Below, one piece after another: positions 1 through 13,990 of a DNA stretch of 64,000 nt. This DNA is from Octopus vulgaris (lineage: Eukaryota), in assembly GCA_951406725.2 (NCBI GenBank), contig OX597816.1, positions 84,506,001-84,570,000 on the forward strand, written 5' to 3'. The notes under the pieces are model-generated. The model saw only the letters and a program-made list of their open reading frames with translations. It did not search any database and was not told the origin of the DNA. Within the stretch, counting starts at the first letter, position 1. Each line of letters opens with the position of its first letter. The position numbers and the translations under genes are program-made.

Positions 1-320
1 AGGACAAGTGTCTTCCAGAGGACCATCATGGTTTCTTGTTCTCTTGTTCCAAAGGTTCTAAGAATCCATCCAGCCAGCCGTCTACATTTCATTGTCAGTT
101 TAGCAACATGTACATGAAAGGTCGCGTCATCACTCATGTGAATACCCAGGTCACGCACTGATTGTGCCTCCAGGATTGCAATCCCTCCGGGTCCAGTGTA
201 TTCATTGGGTATTGCATTCAGTTTTGCATGCTGATAGTGTAAAGCTTGAAACTTTTCAGCATTGAACTGCATGCTATTCTTTTCAGCCCACTTGTATATT
301 TCGTCCAGCTCACATTGCAT
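1..320 (-). mobile_element. CR1/L2-group non-LTR retrotransposon fragment (RT C-terminal region), runs off the window edge
   Basis: Minus-strand translation MQCELDEIYKWAEKNSMQFNAEKFQ...VRDLGIHMSDDATFHVHV...GWILRTFGTREQETMMVLWKTLV; the W..N.M.FN..K, VRDLG and WILRTF motifs follow the RT core in CR1/L2-type LINEs. Confidence 0.85.
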
Positions 321-601
321 ATATACATACATATTTTTGAAAAGTCTTTCTGAACATTACTTTAAGTATAAAGATGATTTTTTTAAAAAAGAATTATAAA
401 ATATTTTATCAGGACGTTACTAAACTTTTTGAAAGAAGATTTCTTCGTAGTGTGCGCGAGCACTTTCAATTATATCTTTTGAAACACACTTATACACACA
501 TACGTATATACATGCTCATACGCATGCGCGCACGCACTCACACACACACCTACGTATATATATATATATATATAATTAATCAATATAGGGTGTTGATTGT
601 G

Positions 602-666
<65 letters not shown>

Positions 667-1596
667 TGTATGTGTGTGTATTTGTGTGTGTGTATACATT
701 ATTATATATTGGCACTGACTTTACTTCTAAGCATATTTCATTAAAGGCACAACTGCGTTTCACTTTTACCTTTGCATTACAGACTTATTACATTTTCCTA
801 TAAGTTTCTTGCAGTTAGTTTGGAACAGCAAAATAAATTAATACGCGAATGCTCACTTCGAAACCTAACCGTCGAATACCTTTGGCGGTGTAACTACAAA
901 AGTTAGATTAATCTATATGGAGCAGGTTAGATGCTAAATCTATTTGAATTCTTGAAAATATCATTGTGAACGTGTGGAAACGTTTAATATATGTATAAGA
1001 ACTTTAGTTTTGCAAACTAACTGTTGGAAACTGATACGAAAATATGAAAAAATGTATAAAAAATAATACAAGATCGTGTCTTCAATAATGCATACTGAAT
1101 AATGTTGAATCATGCTTCATGATCGGTAGGGTTGACGAAAATAAACCGAGGATGCAGTTGGTCATCTGACTGGATTGGTACCTACATCAGAAGAGAATGG
1201 AATTTGCCTTTTCAAAGCGTAAGCTAGAAATAATGTTTAGTTAATATTATGTGATATATGTCGGTAGTTGATATAAGCTAATGTAAAGTCTGTTAAATAT
1301 ACAGAAATATATTTGTATGTATATCGATATGAATGTATGTTAGTAATAAAGAACAAAGTATATTACTCTTTGCTGAACATGTGATACAAAGCATGTTATG
1401 CAAAAGTAAGTGAGAGCCCATTTCGGGGGAAAAAAACTGACAGATTTCCGAGTAGTGCCTAATGACATTCTGCTCGTTCGCTCAATACTCCAGTGTTTTA
1501 CAATACATGTGAAACTTCTAGAAATTTCGGAAACAGAATTTGATTACTGTACTTATCGTAACTATATTTAATGTTACGTTTATGTATGTGTTTTAC

Positions 1597-1810
1597 AAGA
1601 TTCCTGATGTAAAACAGATATTGTCATATTTCAGGACAGATGTGTGTTAAAACAGATATTGTTATATTTCGAGACGGTCACTTTTTTTTTCTTGCCAGGT
1701 AAATACACGCACTATATATGCGTTCTTCACTCGATTATTATTGTTCTTATTTTATGTCCATTGTCTAGAAATCTTGCGTCACACACCTGTGATCTCTTCA
1801 ACGACCCTCC
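1597..1810 (-). mobile_element. Degenerate copy of the GTCACA-hairpin repeat family (PLE terminal-repeat-like, hammerhead relic)
   Basis: Aligns by eye with 33311-33448 and 50175-50340 (tatttcgagacggtca...cacgcactatat...tgtccattgtctagaaatcttgcgtcacacacctgtgatctcttca). Confidence 0.65.
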
Positions 1811-3049
1811 ATCCCACGTATAGACACAGGGTGGGTGTCGACGATGAGATCTAATAGAGAGTTACTACACGCATATCTTGAATTTTCAAGCGTACTTAGC
1901 GATGTAAGCAACGTAAAATGAATTCAATCCGGGGTTTGTAACTGGATTGCAGATTTCGTTCATCCAGAATTTTGATCTGACGCTACTCCTCACCACTCCT
2001 TATATCTCTTTGACTAATCTAGGATTCGTAGTATACACGTTAAGACCAACCGCAGATTGAAGGAAGAAAAAAGAGAGAAAAAACATTTCATAGACATATC
2101 TTTATCCATAGACATATAGACGAAACCAGACACATCTGTACATCTATGTATACACGCATACACACACAGAAATATGCATACATTCATATGTATGCGTGTG
2201 TATTATTTAGAACCCTATATTAGTTACAAAAGTTATCAGATCTTTACATATCACAAGAAAAAAAATAGCGGCCCAACTCACATAGTCGAAATCTCTAGAG
2301 AGCAAGGAATACTGCACCATGACTTCTGATGATAATTCATGTGCTTATTCTACTTATTAGAAATCAACACTCGACATATTGCATTCCTTCATACATACGT
2401 ACTTAAACGCATACATACATACATACATACATAAAAACACACATTCTCACACATACCTTCTTGCACCTTTGTCAAGAGAGTGATGATGATATTACCTGCA
2501 GGTCCACACACTCAAACACACACACACACACACACACATACACATACACGCACGCACACATACACACACACGCACACACATACACAGGCGAACGCACCAC
2601 ATACACATGTATATATATACCTGTTGTCTGTATTGCATGTACATTACAGTGAATAAAATTAGGTGTTAGGTAAAGTTACAGAAATACGAGTAAATCGCTG
2701 AACGTAGATATCCGTATGTGTATATGTACGAGTAAGTATGTATGTATCTACATATGCCTTTATGAGAATATGTTATTTAGCTATGCGTGCGGTTGTGAAA
2801 GGGTAGGGGGCTGGTGGTGTCTGAGGTTTAGGTTATGGCATTGGCAAACCCTGAAGGATATATGAAGCGCTTTCTCGGGGCTGTCATCTTCTATCTGATT
2901 TCACAGAGGCGGGGGTTCTTGATATCCACCGAGAAATCTAGAATGTATAAAAGAAACTCAAGAAATAATAATCGTCAGGAATATGATGGTGTTATTATTG
3001 ATGAAGATGATGATGTTAATGATTATGATGTAAATAAAAATTATTTATG

Positions 3050-3338
3050 GTTTCTAATTTAGGTGCAAGATCAGCAATTTTTGAAATGGGTCACGTAGAC
3101 GATACAATCGAGCTCAGAACTTGACCAGTACTACTTTTTATCGACTGCGGAGGAATGAAAGACGAATGAAAGACGAAACTGGCCTCGGTGAGATTGAACT
3201 CAGAGCGTAAAGATTGGGAAGGCTTTTGACTCAGAGCTTTAACGATTTATTCCAAAACATAATTACAGAACGTAGCGACGGATAAAATGCCGCTAAGTTT
3301 GCCCGGTCTACTAACGATTCTGCCAGCTCGCCGCCTTG
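3050..3338 (-). mobile_element. tRNA-derived SINE family A, degenerate
   Basis: Minus-strand head aaggcggcgagctggcagaatcgttag, later ctgagttcaat (B-box-like); same family as 3786-3998 and 4109-4479. Confidence 0.7.
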
Positions 3339-3641
<303 letters not shown>

Positions 3642-3642
<1 letters not shown>

Positions 3643-3772
3643 GGGTGGAGCACTTGCAGAAAACAGCACTGCTTGGAACTGCTCGAATACTCCGGATGGT
3701 GCTTGGAAAATAAAAGGTGTTACCTTAGTTCACTGGTATTGAACAGCTGACACACTGTGCAAAGACAATAAA
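3642..3772 (+). mobile_element. Extreme 3' end of an R4/Dong-type LINE inside an (AAT)n array
   Basis: Translates VEHLQKTALLGTARILRMVL, paralogous to LQEVQKIVLTGTSHVLRRAL at the end of the 6831-7130 ORF; AAT repeats on both sides. Confidence 0.75.
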
Positions 3773-3785
3773 ATAATAATAATAA

Positions 3786-3998
3786 TCCTCCCTACTAAAC
3801 GCACAAGGCTTGAAATTTGTGGGAGGGGGACAAGTCGATCATATCGACCTCAGTGTTTCATTGATTCTTAATTTATCAACCCCGAAAGGATGAAAAGCAA
3901 AGTCTACGACGGTGGAATTTAGACTGAGAATGTAAGGCCGGACGAAATGTCACTAAGCATGCGCGAGGAGAACAAATGATTCTGCCAGCTCACCGCCT
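3786..3998 (-). mobile_element. tRNA-derived SINE family A
   Basis: Contains atttatcaaccccgaaaggatgaaaagcaaagtc and the head gattctgccagctcaccgcctt; flanked by (AAT)n. Confidence 0.75.
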
Positions 3999-4008
3999 TA
4001 ACAACAAC

Positions 4009-4078
<70 letters not shown>

Positions 4079-4108
4079 TTAATATTAATAATAATAATAA
4101 TAATAATA

Positions 4109-4479
4109 CCTTCTACTAAAGGCGCAGGGCCTGAAATTTTTGGTATTCCACTGGTACTTAATTTATCACCCCTCCCCACAAATGATGGAAGGTAAAGTCG
4201 ACCTCGGTGGAATTTGAACTCAGAACGTAACGACAGGCGAAATACCTATTTCATTACTACCCACAAGGGGCTAAACACAGAGAGGACAAACAAGGACGGA
4301 CAAACGGATTAAGTCGATCACATCGACCCCAGTGCGTAACTGGTACTTAATTTATCGACCCCGAAAGGATGAAAGGCAAAGTCGACCTCGGCGGAATTTG
4401 AACTCAGAACGTAACGGCAGACGAAATACCGCTAAGCTTTTCGTCCGGCGCGCTAAAGATTCTGTCGGCTGACCGCCTC
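4109..4479 (-). mobile_element. Two abutting or nested SINE family A copies
   Basis: The block aaagtcgacctcggyggaatttgaactcagaacgtaacg occurs twice (about 4194-4232 and 4378-4415); head at ~4455-4479. Confidence 0.8.
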
Positions 4480-4495
4480 AATAATAATAATAATG

Positions 4496-4533
<38 letters not shown>

Positions 4534-4534
<1 letters not shown>

Positions 4535-5087
4535 CCCTGATGCAGTACCAGGCAGTGGCTCTCATGGCTTCTGATCTTAACTGATTGGAAGTGTTATCAT
4601 GTACATTGTTTTGTCTTGGTATAAAAGATGGGCTACAGCAAATATTCTGCTCAATACCACAGATTTGCTTGTCAGTTGTTTGACCTTAACCAGTTGAGCA
4701 TGTCCCTTAGTGGCTGACGATATGTGCATCTCTGATCACGAGCAGAAGTAGTGGGGGAGCATCATAGCCATGTGTTGAGAAGGATTCTTTGGGTTTTGAA
4801 TTATTCACCTCTGGAAACATGGGTGTTTCGTTCAACGTCCTTAAATAACCCTTATTCAGGGACCTTTTGAGCGGGATGGGTTACTCGATCTGAAGAAAAT
4901 TCTAACTGGGCTCCACCTGCAAGGTCATGTGCTGTTTATCTTGATATGAGATCACCATGTCGCGCACATATGGTTGTGATGCATGTGCCTGGTGTACCCT
5001 TATCAGACGGGTAGTCATGATGGGTATACTGGGCTTCGTATATTTTACCCCAGTGTCACTTTGATGGCATGCTCTACTCGCTCACTC
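4534..5087. other. Unclassified ~550-bp complex-sequence insert inside an (AAT)n array, probably a mobile element piece
   Basis: Sharp boundaries with (AAT)n on both sides; GC content above background; no recognisable protein motif. Confidence 0.45.
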
Positions 5088-5120
<33 letters not shown>

Positions 5121-5126
5121 TATAAC

Positions 5127-5189
<63 letters not shown>

Positions 5190-5195
5190 TATAAC

Positions 5196-5267
<72 letters not shown>

Positions 5268-5268
<1 letters not shown>

Positions 5269-5330
5269 TTCACAGACAAGACAGAGTTGGGACCTACATA
5301 CACTGGAAGCTATGCCAACACATTCTATGC
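5268..5330 (+). mobile_element. Small R4/Dong LINE fragment (RHD...HW motif)
   Basis: Translates IHRQDRVGTYIHWKLCQH, paralogous to RHDRVGQYLHWLISRHY at ~6648-6698. Confidence 0.65.
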
Positions 5331-5450
5331 AAAACACTTTCAATACAGTAACCATAAGAGCATCACAGCAAACCACTGCTCATACCCACGGCACACAGAT
5401 CTGCGCTCGGTAGTGAAGTGAAAGCACACAATAAAAATAAAACTACTGTC

Positions 5451-5523
<73 letters not shown>

Positions 5524-5524
<1 letters not shown>

Positions 5525-7294
5525 GCCCTAATACCCCTTACAAGTGAATTAAATAGAACAGGGTATGGGTATAAAATTGCCAATAACAAAATAAGCCATC
5601 TATTTTATATGGATGACTTAAAACTCTATGGTAAAGACGATAATGAACTTGAAGGCCTATTGCGCACTGTGAAAGCATTCAGCGATGACATCGGGATGGA
5701 GTTTGGGCTTGAGAAGTGTGCCAAGGCCACTTTCCAGAAAGGGAAAGTGAAGACCACAAATTCAGTCATAAGATAGCTTGAGCAAGAACAGACATACAAA
5801 TATTTAGGGATAAATGAAGGCTCTGGTATTCAGCATGCAAGCATGAAAGAAAAGATCAGGAAGGAATGTTATAGGAGAGTTCGTGCAGTCCTGAAATCTG
5901 AACTAAATGCACGTAACAAGGTGTTAGCTATAAATTCCTTGGAAGTTCCAGTTGTTACTTATAGCTACAATGTGTTGAACTGGAATATGAGTGAAGTAAA
6001 GAAAATAGATAGGAAAATACACAAGCTGCTGAGTTGTAATAGAATGCACCACCAAAAGGCAGACGTAGATCGCCTTTACCTTCCCAGAGCCCAAGGAGGT
6101 CGAGTCCTGATCCAATTTGAACTAGCTTACAAAACAACCACAATTGGACTGGCCAAATATCTCGAAATAACGAATGACTGGATGCTAAAGCTCGTGGAAA
6201 ATCACGAGAGATGAAAGAAGCTCCATTCTATCATAAAGGAAAGCAAAAATTTGCTATTGATCTCGTGCAAGATACCCAAACTGAACAACCCGAGGGAAGT
6301 GCGGCAACTATTGTTGCAAAGAAGGGCAAAATAATGGCAACGAAAAAAGCGCACGAGCAATTGGCTGATAGGTGGGAGGAGAAACCTTTGCACGGCAAAT
6401 ATGCGACCCGCAGCAAACAAGCTGATGTTGACCAGAAGCAAACCCATCAGTGGCTACGGAGCTCAGGGCTAAAAGCAGAGAGTGACGGTTTCATCCTGGC
6501 TGCTCAAGATCAAAGCCTATTAACCCGGAACTACCAGGCCAATGTGATGAAAAATGGAGCAGACCCAAAATGCCGATTCTGCAACGACATGATTGAAACA
6601 GTGGACCACCTGGATGTAAAGTCTTAGGACCAGTGGAGTATAAATTAAGACATGACAGAGTTGGCCAATATCTACACTGGCTAATAAGTCGGCATTACAA
6701 TATCTAAACTGCCGACAAGTGGTATAATCACCACCCTGAAGCTGTAACTAAAGGAGAAAATGTAACGATTCTGTGGGACTTTCCAGTACATACAGACCGA
6801 ACCATCAAAGCCAATAAACCAGATATTGTTGTGAAAGACAAAAACAATAAAGTTTGCTTATTGATCGACATGAGCATCCCCTGTGATCATAATATCTCGG
6901 CGAAAGAGTTTGACAAGCTCAGAAAATATAAAGACCTGCTCATTGAAATTGAGAAAATGTGGCATTTCAAGGCGGTTACAATACCAGTGATCGTAGGAGC
7001 ACTAGGAATGATCAAGAAGGGAACCGAAAATTATATGAGAATGATCCCTGACTTACCATCCCTGCAAGAAGTGCAAAAGATTGTCTTAACTGGTACATCA
7101 CACGTATTGAGAAGAGCATTGTCGATGTGAGAACTATTACTACTCATGTATTTTAATTTAACTTTTAAAAAAATGAACGAACTAGTGAGTTTAGTTTAAT
7201 GGCCTACCAATGTATACTATGAGTTTCTTTGCCCTAGGAGTCGGGAAGACACTCGGCAAGAAATGGAAGCAAATTTGAAAGAAGAAAAAAAAGA
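5524..7294 (+). mobile_element. 5'-truncated R4/Dong-clade non-LTR retrotransposon (RT C-half, zinc knuckle, restriction-like endonuclease, 3' UTR), inactivated by frameshifts and stops
   Basis: ISHLFYMDDLKLY (RT YxDD), FGLEKCA, YKYLG, RLYLPRAQGGR, AAQDQ, CRFC...ETVDH, RHD, ANKPDIVVKD...LIDMSIP...KYKDL (PD..D..K RLE), IPVIVGALG; ORF pieces 5843-6214, 6211-6627, 6831-7130; (AAT)n on both flanks. Confidence 0.93.
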
Positions 7295-7361
7295 TAATAA
7301 TAATAATAATAATAATGATGATGATGATGATGATCATGATGATGATGATGATGATGATGAT

Positions 7362-7430
<69 letters not shown>

Positions 7431-7500
7431 AAGAAGAAGAAGAAGAAGAAGAAGAAGAAGAAGAAATAGAAGAAGAAGAAGAAGGAGCAGGAGAAGGAGG
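7295..7500. repeat. Compound microsatellite (AAT)n(GAT)n(AAT)n(AAG)n
   Basis: Directly visible. Confidence 0.97.
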
Positions 7501-7588
7501 AAGAGGAGAGGCATGCAGAATAGACAAATAAAACCTAAATAAATAAACATGTACAACATTTAAAACTCCAATATTAATTAATGCTGTT

Positions 7589-7622
<34 letters not shown>

Positions 7623-8605
7623 CATGCATAAACACAAGCACAAATGCGCATGTATACATATATACACCCTCATACACACGAAGTCGTGTGAGCCTGTGTA
7701 TGTGTGTATGTATACATACGAAGAGTGTATGAAAAGTTTTGAGCGTCAAAAAAAAAAAAAAACATGGTACAAGACTTCTGATGAAGGTACAAGACTTCAA
7801 GGCTCAAAGGCCTTGAAGACTCAACGCTTTTCATACACCTCTCGTATGTGTGTATATGTGTGTGTGTGTGTGTCTGTAAATGTATGTATGTAGAAATAAA
7901 TATAGTATGTTTTTCTATAACAAATATATATAGGTGTATGTGTGTGTCTACGTACGCGAGTGTCTGCGTGTGTGTGTGTGGTGTGTGTCTGAGCGTGTGT
8001 GGGTCTGCGTGTGTGTCCGTATGTATATGTGTGTGTAAACATATATATATATATAAGACATACATAGAAATATATACATACATGCATTTACATCTCATGT
8101 ATGTTCTTATGCACATATATCACATACGTATATAGATATGAATCAACATATTTATATGCTTGGATTTACATGCGTATGAGTTTGTATATTTCTGCGTGTG
8201 TATATATATATATACATATATATGTAATCAAATCTATGGTGGGAGCCATAAATGAGTCTAATATGATATACTTGACTTCCCTCTGAGAATCTCACACTCA
8301 AAATAGTTTTGCAAGAACACAGCAGGTCCCTGTTATGCAACGCGATTGTAGAAACAAAGAAAATACTCCTATAGGCATCAAACATACATACGTATTTGGT
8401 GCAATCTTTGAGAAGATAAAACAATTGTCTTCACAATCATACAAACACACATTCACGCACGCATTCACACATAAGCACTTACAGACATCTTCACGCACGC
8501 ATACACACACACACACATAGTTTGCCTCTCTCTCTCATATATATATACAAAACAAATTCCTCCCTATTCACTATTCTTTCCCTTCCTATTTTGATTCTCT
8601 CCCCA

Positions 8606-8649
<44 letters not shown>

Positions 8650-8689
8650 TTCTCTTTTCCCAAATATATTCATGCAGACACATATTCTT

Positions 8690-8720
<31 letters not shown>

Positions 8721-8747
8721 CTCTATCTATCTATCTATCTATCTATC

Positions 8748-8841
<94 letters not shown>

Positions 8842-8894
8842 TGCTTATATATACACACATATTTAAATATTATGTATATATATACATATATACA

Positions 8895-8938
<44 letters not shown>

Positions 8939-9523
8939 TATATGTATGCACATGTGTTTGTGTGTGCGTGTGTGTGTATAGTGAGAGTATGGAGTGAATT
9001 ACTTTCTCCCTCTCGCGCTGTAATATACACGTATTTATGTGTGTATATATATACAGGAATTCTTCGCTTGCATATTTTGAATTTGTTGGCACTGTCAGTT
9101 TGAACGGGTCATCTGAGGTGTTAAGTCGCAAAAGGGTATGTTCCTACTTTCAGTGTTTCCAAATCCAAATTAAGAAATTTTGGGCTGACGAAAGAAATGT
9201 CGAATTTTATTTTTGCTGATCTAGAAACGTAACGTTCTCAAATAATCTTTGCACTTGTGATTTTTTAATGTTTTTTACCCCCATACCTTCGTGGGTTATT
9301 CTGAGTAAACACTATCTGAGAGAAATTTTCTTTAAGTATTAGAAATAGCTAAAAAACTTTTTTGGCTGCTATTTCTAATGAGTTCAGTATGTGGCAAAGT
9401 AATTTATTTTACTAAGCCCTTTTATATAATGTAATATTTTGAATTCTCCTTAAATGGTCCTTTTACATACTGAATACTTGGTGAAATTGATTAATAACTA
9501 ATTAATTTGACCCTCAATTGTTG

Positions 9524-9592
<69 letters not shown>

Positions 9593-10048
9593 ATATACAT
9601 ATATATATATACATATATATATATACATATATACATACACACACACACAAGTATATAAATTTATGCATATATGATATCGTATAAATGTGCATATGTCTAC
9701 TTCACCTAGTTCTTTAATGTATGTATGTTTTGTGCTTATATGCAAATAAGCTATAGTTAACGTGAAGTAAGTATTCCACTCCAAGTATTCTACATGTATT
9801 GTCAAAAAGTATAGGCGGTTCTGCTCTGGGGGTTTTGAAGTGCCTTTGCCATTTTTATGTGAGTTTATAAAAACCCTAAGTATATATGTACATGTAAGTA
9901 TATATTTGCAATAAAGTATGTATGTGACTTATACTGGTATGAAGTATTTAGTGAAAGCTGTACCAGACGTCTTCAATATGTCTGGTTTCAATATCTGTAA
10001 CTGGTTTCACGCTTGAAATGAAAAAGGAAAGAGGGGAAAGAAAAAGGG

Positions 10049-10084
10049 CTTTAACGTTTCAGACAGAGAGTCCGTCATCAGAAC
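10049..10084 (-). ncRNA. Degenerate minimal type-I hammerhead ribozyme motif
   Basis: Minus strand gtt-CTGATGA-c-GGAC-tctct-GTCT-GAAACGTT-aaag; stem II closes with G-U and stem I is weak. Confidence 0.45.
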
Positions 10085-10517
10085 GACGAAAAAGCGCGAA
10101 GTGTGATGTCTATGAAGGAAGAGATGGAAAATGCTGTTAGATGCTGGATGAGAATGTTTTATGGGAAGGAATTAAGAAAAGAAAAATAAACATGGATTTG
10201 CGTGCATATAAAAGAGTGTATATATATATAGGGAGATTGGAATAATGGGAGAGGTGTGAGTGGTGTTGGATGCAAGTGAATGACTGGAGGTGAGTGGAGT
10301 TGAATGAAATATGAATGTGACAAGTTGAGGGAGAGGCGAGAAAGCAGAAAAAACTGAGGAAATTTTTGAAAAATAGTGAAAAAGTCGCAACCAAAATTTA
10401 AAGCAAGTACAAATGCGGAGGAAAGTTTGCAAAATAGATAAAAGTGAAAAATAATAAGTCGAAAAATATATAAGGTATATATTACTAAGATATAGATGAA
10501 CTGGAAAGTGTAAGATG

Positions 10518-10566
<49 letters not shown>

Positions 10567-10608
10567 AGTCTCTATGTATGTATGTATGAATGAATCTATA
10601 TATTATAT

Positions 10609-10641
<33 letters not shown>

Positions 10642-12299
10642 AATACACATATATAAATTTATAGATAACGAGAGAAATGTAGTCAGATAAAAAATTATTT
10701 AACCATTGGAAATTCTTTATTATATAAGGATTTCCAATGGTTAAACAAATCTTATACTATATTTCTCCCGTTATTTATAGTTATACACTCCTTATGGTTT
10801 TCTCTTGTATCGTACTATATATTCTATATGATTTTTTGAATGATATATTATGGAGTTCTGTTTATGTTTACCTCCTTCTAAGTTCACTCCATATATTGTG
10901 GCCTAAATTTATATATATATATGCAGTTGATAGGTGGGAACTAGATAAGTTCAGGGTAGAAAACAAACACATTACTGTTCCAATGAATGGAATGTGAACT
11001 TAAACTGCGGTTTCTTCATCCAGGGCAAGGCCCACAGTTTCAAGAGTGGCCATAAAAGAAATCCAAATCCAATGGATGTGGAGATAGTACTGAAGATCTA
11101 CACAGTCAGGCTTGACTTGCAGATATACTTAAATAGATCACAGAGCACAATATATACAGAATAAAATATATAGGAATCATTTAATGTCTTAACTGGACAG
11201 CACTTTCAGGAAGCCAAGAATTACGTCATAATCATGAGTATGCAACAGGTCATATGAAGATACTAATGAGACAGTCTCGTCTCTTGAAGAGGAAAATGGC
11301 AAATGCATTTGTCATTGTTCTCTTGACGATATTGTAATATCATCATGTTCCTGGTCACCGGCTGCATACTCATGACTTGCAAATTATGATTAAAAGGTAA
11401 CACTTGCTTTCCTGAAACAGCTGTCGAGTTAAGACGCGACATAATTGTTTTAGATTTTATTGTGTTTATTGTGCTCCATGTAAATATCAAGCATAACTAT
11501 TTTAATCTGCATTATTACCTCTCCTTCGGACATGAAACTAACAACCGAATTAGGATCATGCTGCAGAAGCCTGCTTCTGTCGTATATGTTAGGGTTTTCT
11601 GATACGACAAATTTATACAGAAGTGTAAATCACTGTACAGCCTCTTTGTGTCACCTACTTATGAAGGTACGGTAATTCTCAATCGGCTACACTGTTTGTC
11701 ACCACTTGCACGAAAACAGTTGAATTTGCTAAGATTTAAGGAATTGGCTTTAAAACTCAATGTGCCAAATCTTAATAAAATCATACTTGCAAAGTTAAGT
11801 CAGATAACGCCAGAAGATATTTCTTTCATCATATCGGGTATCTATAATAGGAAACAATGTATATAATGAATGCGAAAAACAGGCATAATAATTAATTCAT
11901 TAAATGTTCATTTATCATATGTAAACGATGAATGAAATGAAATTTACTTTCGAATTAAAACGATACGGGTTCATATTAAACATATTTTACGCAAACGTAA
12001 TCATGATTATGAACTCTGGAGATGCTTGTTGTTCTGAACCTTTGTCGTAACGAACACTGTAGCAGTGCTAAAATGTAGATACCTTCGTCAGAAAGTGGCA
12101 CAGAGAGAGTGTACAGCAGCTTACCTTTTCTATATAGTCTTATCGTTTAAGAAAAACCGAACAGATATGACACGAGCAGGCAAGACCTTGAATAAACAAC
12201 AACAGTATTAATGAGGATGATGATGATGATCCTCCTCTCATCATCATCATCATCATCATAGAAAACAAGGAAACCACAGCAATGTCAATGGTAATAATT

Positions 12300-12623
<324 letters not shown>

Positions 12624-12837
12624 GTAGATGGGGAGCAGAAGGAGCAAGAGTAGGAGGATGAAGATACTAATTATGATGACGATTATAATAATACATGTAT
12701 ATATCTTTATGTGTGTGTGTGTGCGTGTGTGTACATATGTGTGTATATATATATATATAAATATATGTATATAAATATATCCATGTATATATATAAACGC
12801 ACAAACACACACACATACATACACATATATATTTAGA

Positions 12838-12868
<31 letters not shown>

Positions 12869-13746
12869 GTATACACACACATAGATAAATGAGTGTATAT
12901 ATATATATTTGTATATATGTATGTATGCGCGTGCGTTTAAGTGTGTGTGCATGTATGTGTGGTTGTGTGTGTAAAATTTTGTTTGTGTAAAAATAGGGAG
13001 TTACAATTCTTGAGGCATATCTCCTAAAAAAAACATGATAACGTTTTAATGTATTTTTCATATGCTGTTTATGTGACCTGGTATTCGAAAGAATTGTATT
13101 TACGTAATAAATTGTAAATCTTTTACGATTTCATGTATGCGTGTATGCACGTGTGGGAGTATCGTTGTTGACATATATATGTGCATGCCTTTATGTTTGT
13201 GCAAGTATGTGGATGCATGTGTTGGCGATGTAAGTAAATGCGTTATTTAACGTTAATGCATGTCTTTCATGTTATTCTATCATTACATGTTATGATTATC
13301 CTGTTGGCCGTGTGATTTTGATTGGATGCTATTTCTTGCGTATGTATCTGAATGTATGTGTTTACTCATTTGAGTGTATGCGAGTATGCGTGTATGCGTG
13401 TGCATGTGTGTGTTTGAATTTATGAGTGCCTGCGTGTGGAGGCTTATTCGTGTGTGCATGCAATAGTAGGTGAGCATGTGTGTGTATGCATGCATGTGTG
13501 CGCGAGTGAGTGTGCACACGTGTCGGCTAATAGCTTGTTTTATGAAAGGTTGACAACATGCATGTTTACTTTGAAAAGATATGCTGCATTAATTATCGGC
13601 TCCACATACATATACTTACTTTGCTTAATAGTAAGTCAGTAAACACATGCGCATACAAATACACACTCACATGCACACACACTCACACAAATACACGCAT
13701 GCTCGCAAACACACACTAAGTATGTATATATGTATATATATATATA

Positions 13747-13786
<40 letters not shown>

Positions 13787-13800
13787 TATACACGCATACG

Positions 13801-13834
<34 letters not shown>

Positions 13835-13854
13835 TACATATATATATATAAATA

Positions 13855-13886
<32 letters not shown>

Positions 13887-13923
13887 CATATGTGTATATA
13901 TATATACATATATATATATATAA

Positions 13924-13990
<67 letters not shown>

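Noticed and set aside
7714-7849. Small imperfect hairpin containing CTGATGAAGG
   Set aside because: No GAAA/UH half at a suitable position, so not called a hammerhead
9057-9135. Plus-strand exon candidate ending AGG/GTATGT
   Set aside because: The acceptor lacks a polypyrimidine tract and the peptide is unrecognisable
11040-11870. Unique-looking sequence with short ORFs (11263-11490, 11648-11866)
   Set aside because: No recognisable domain or splice structure
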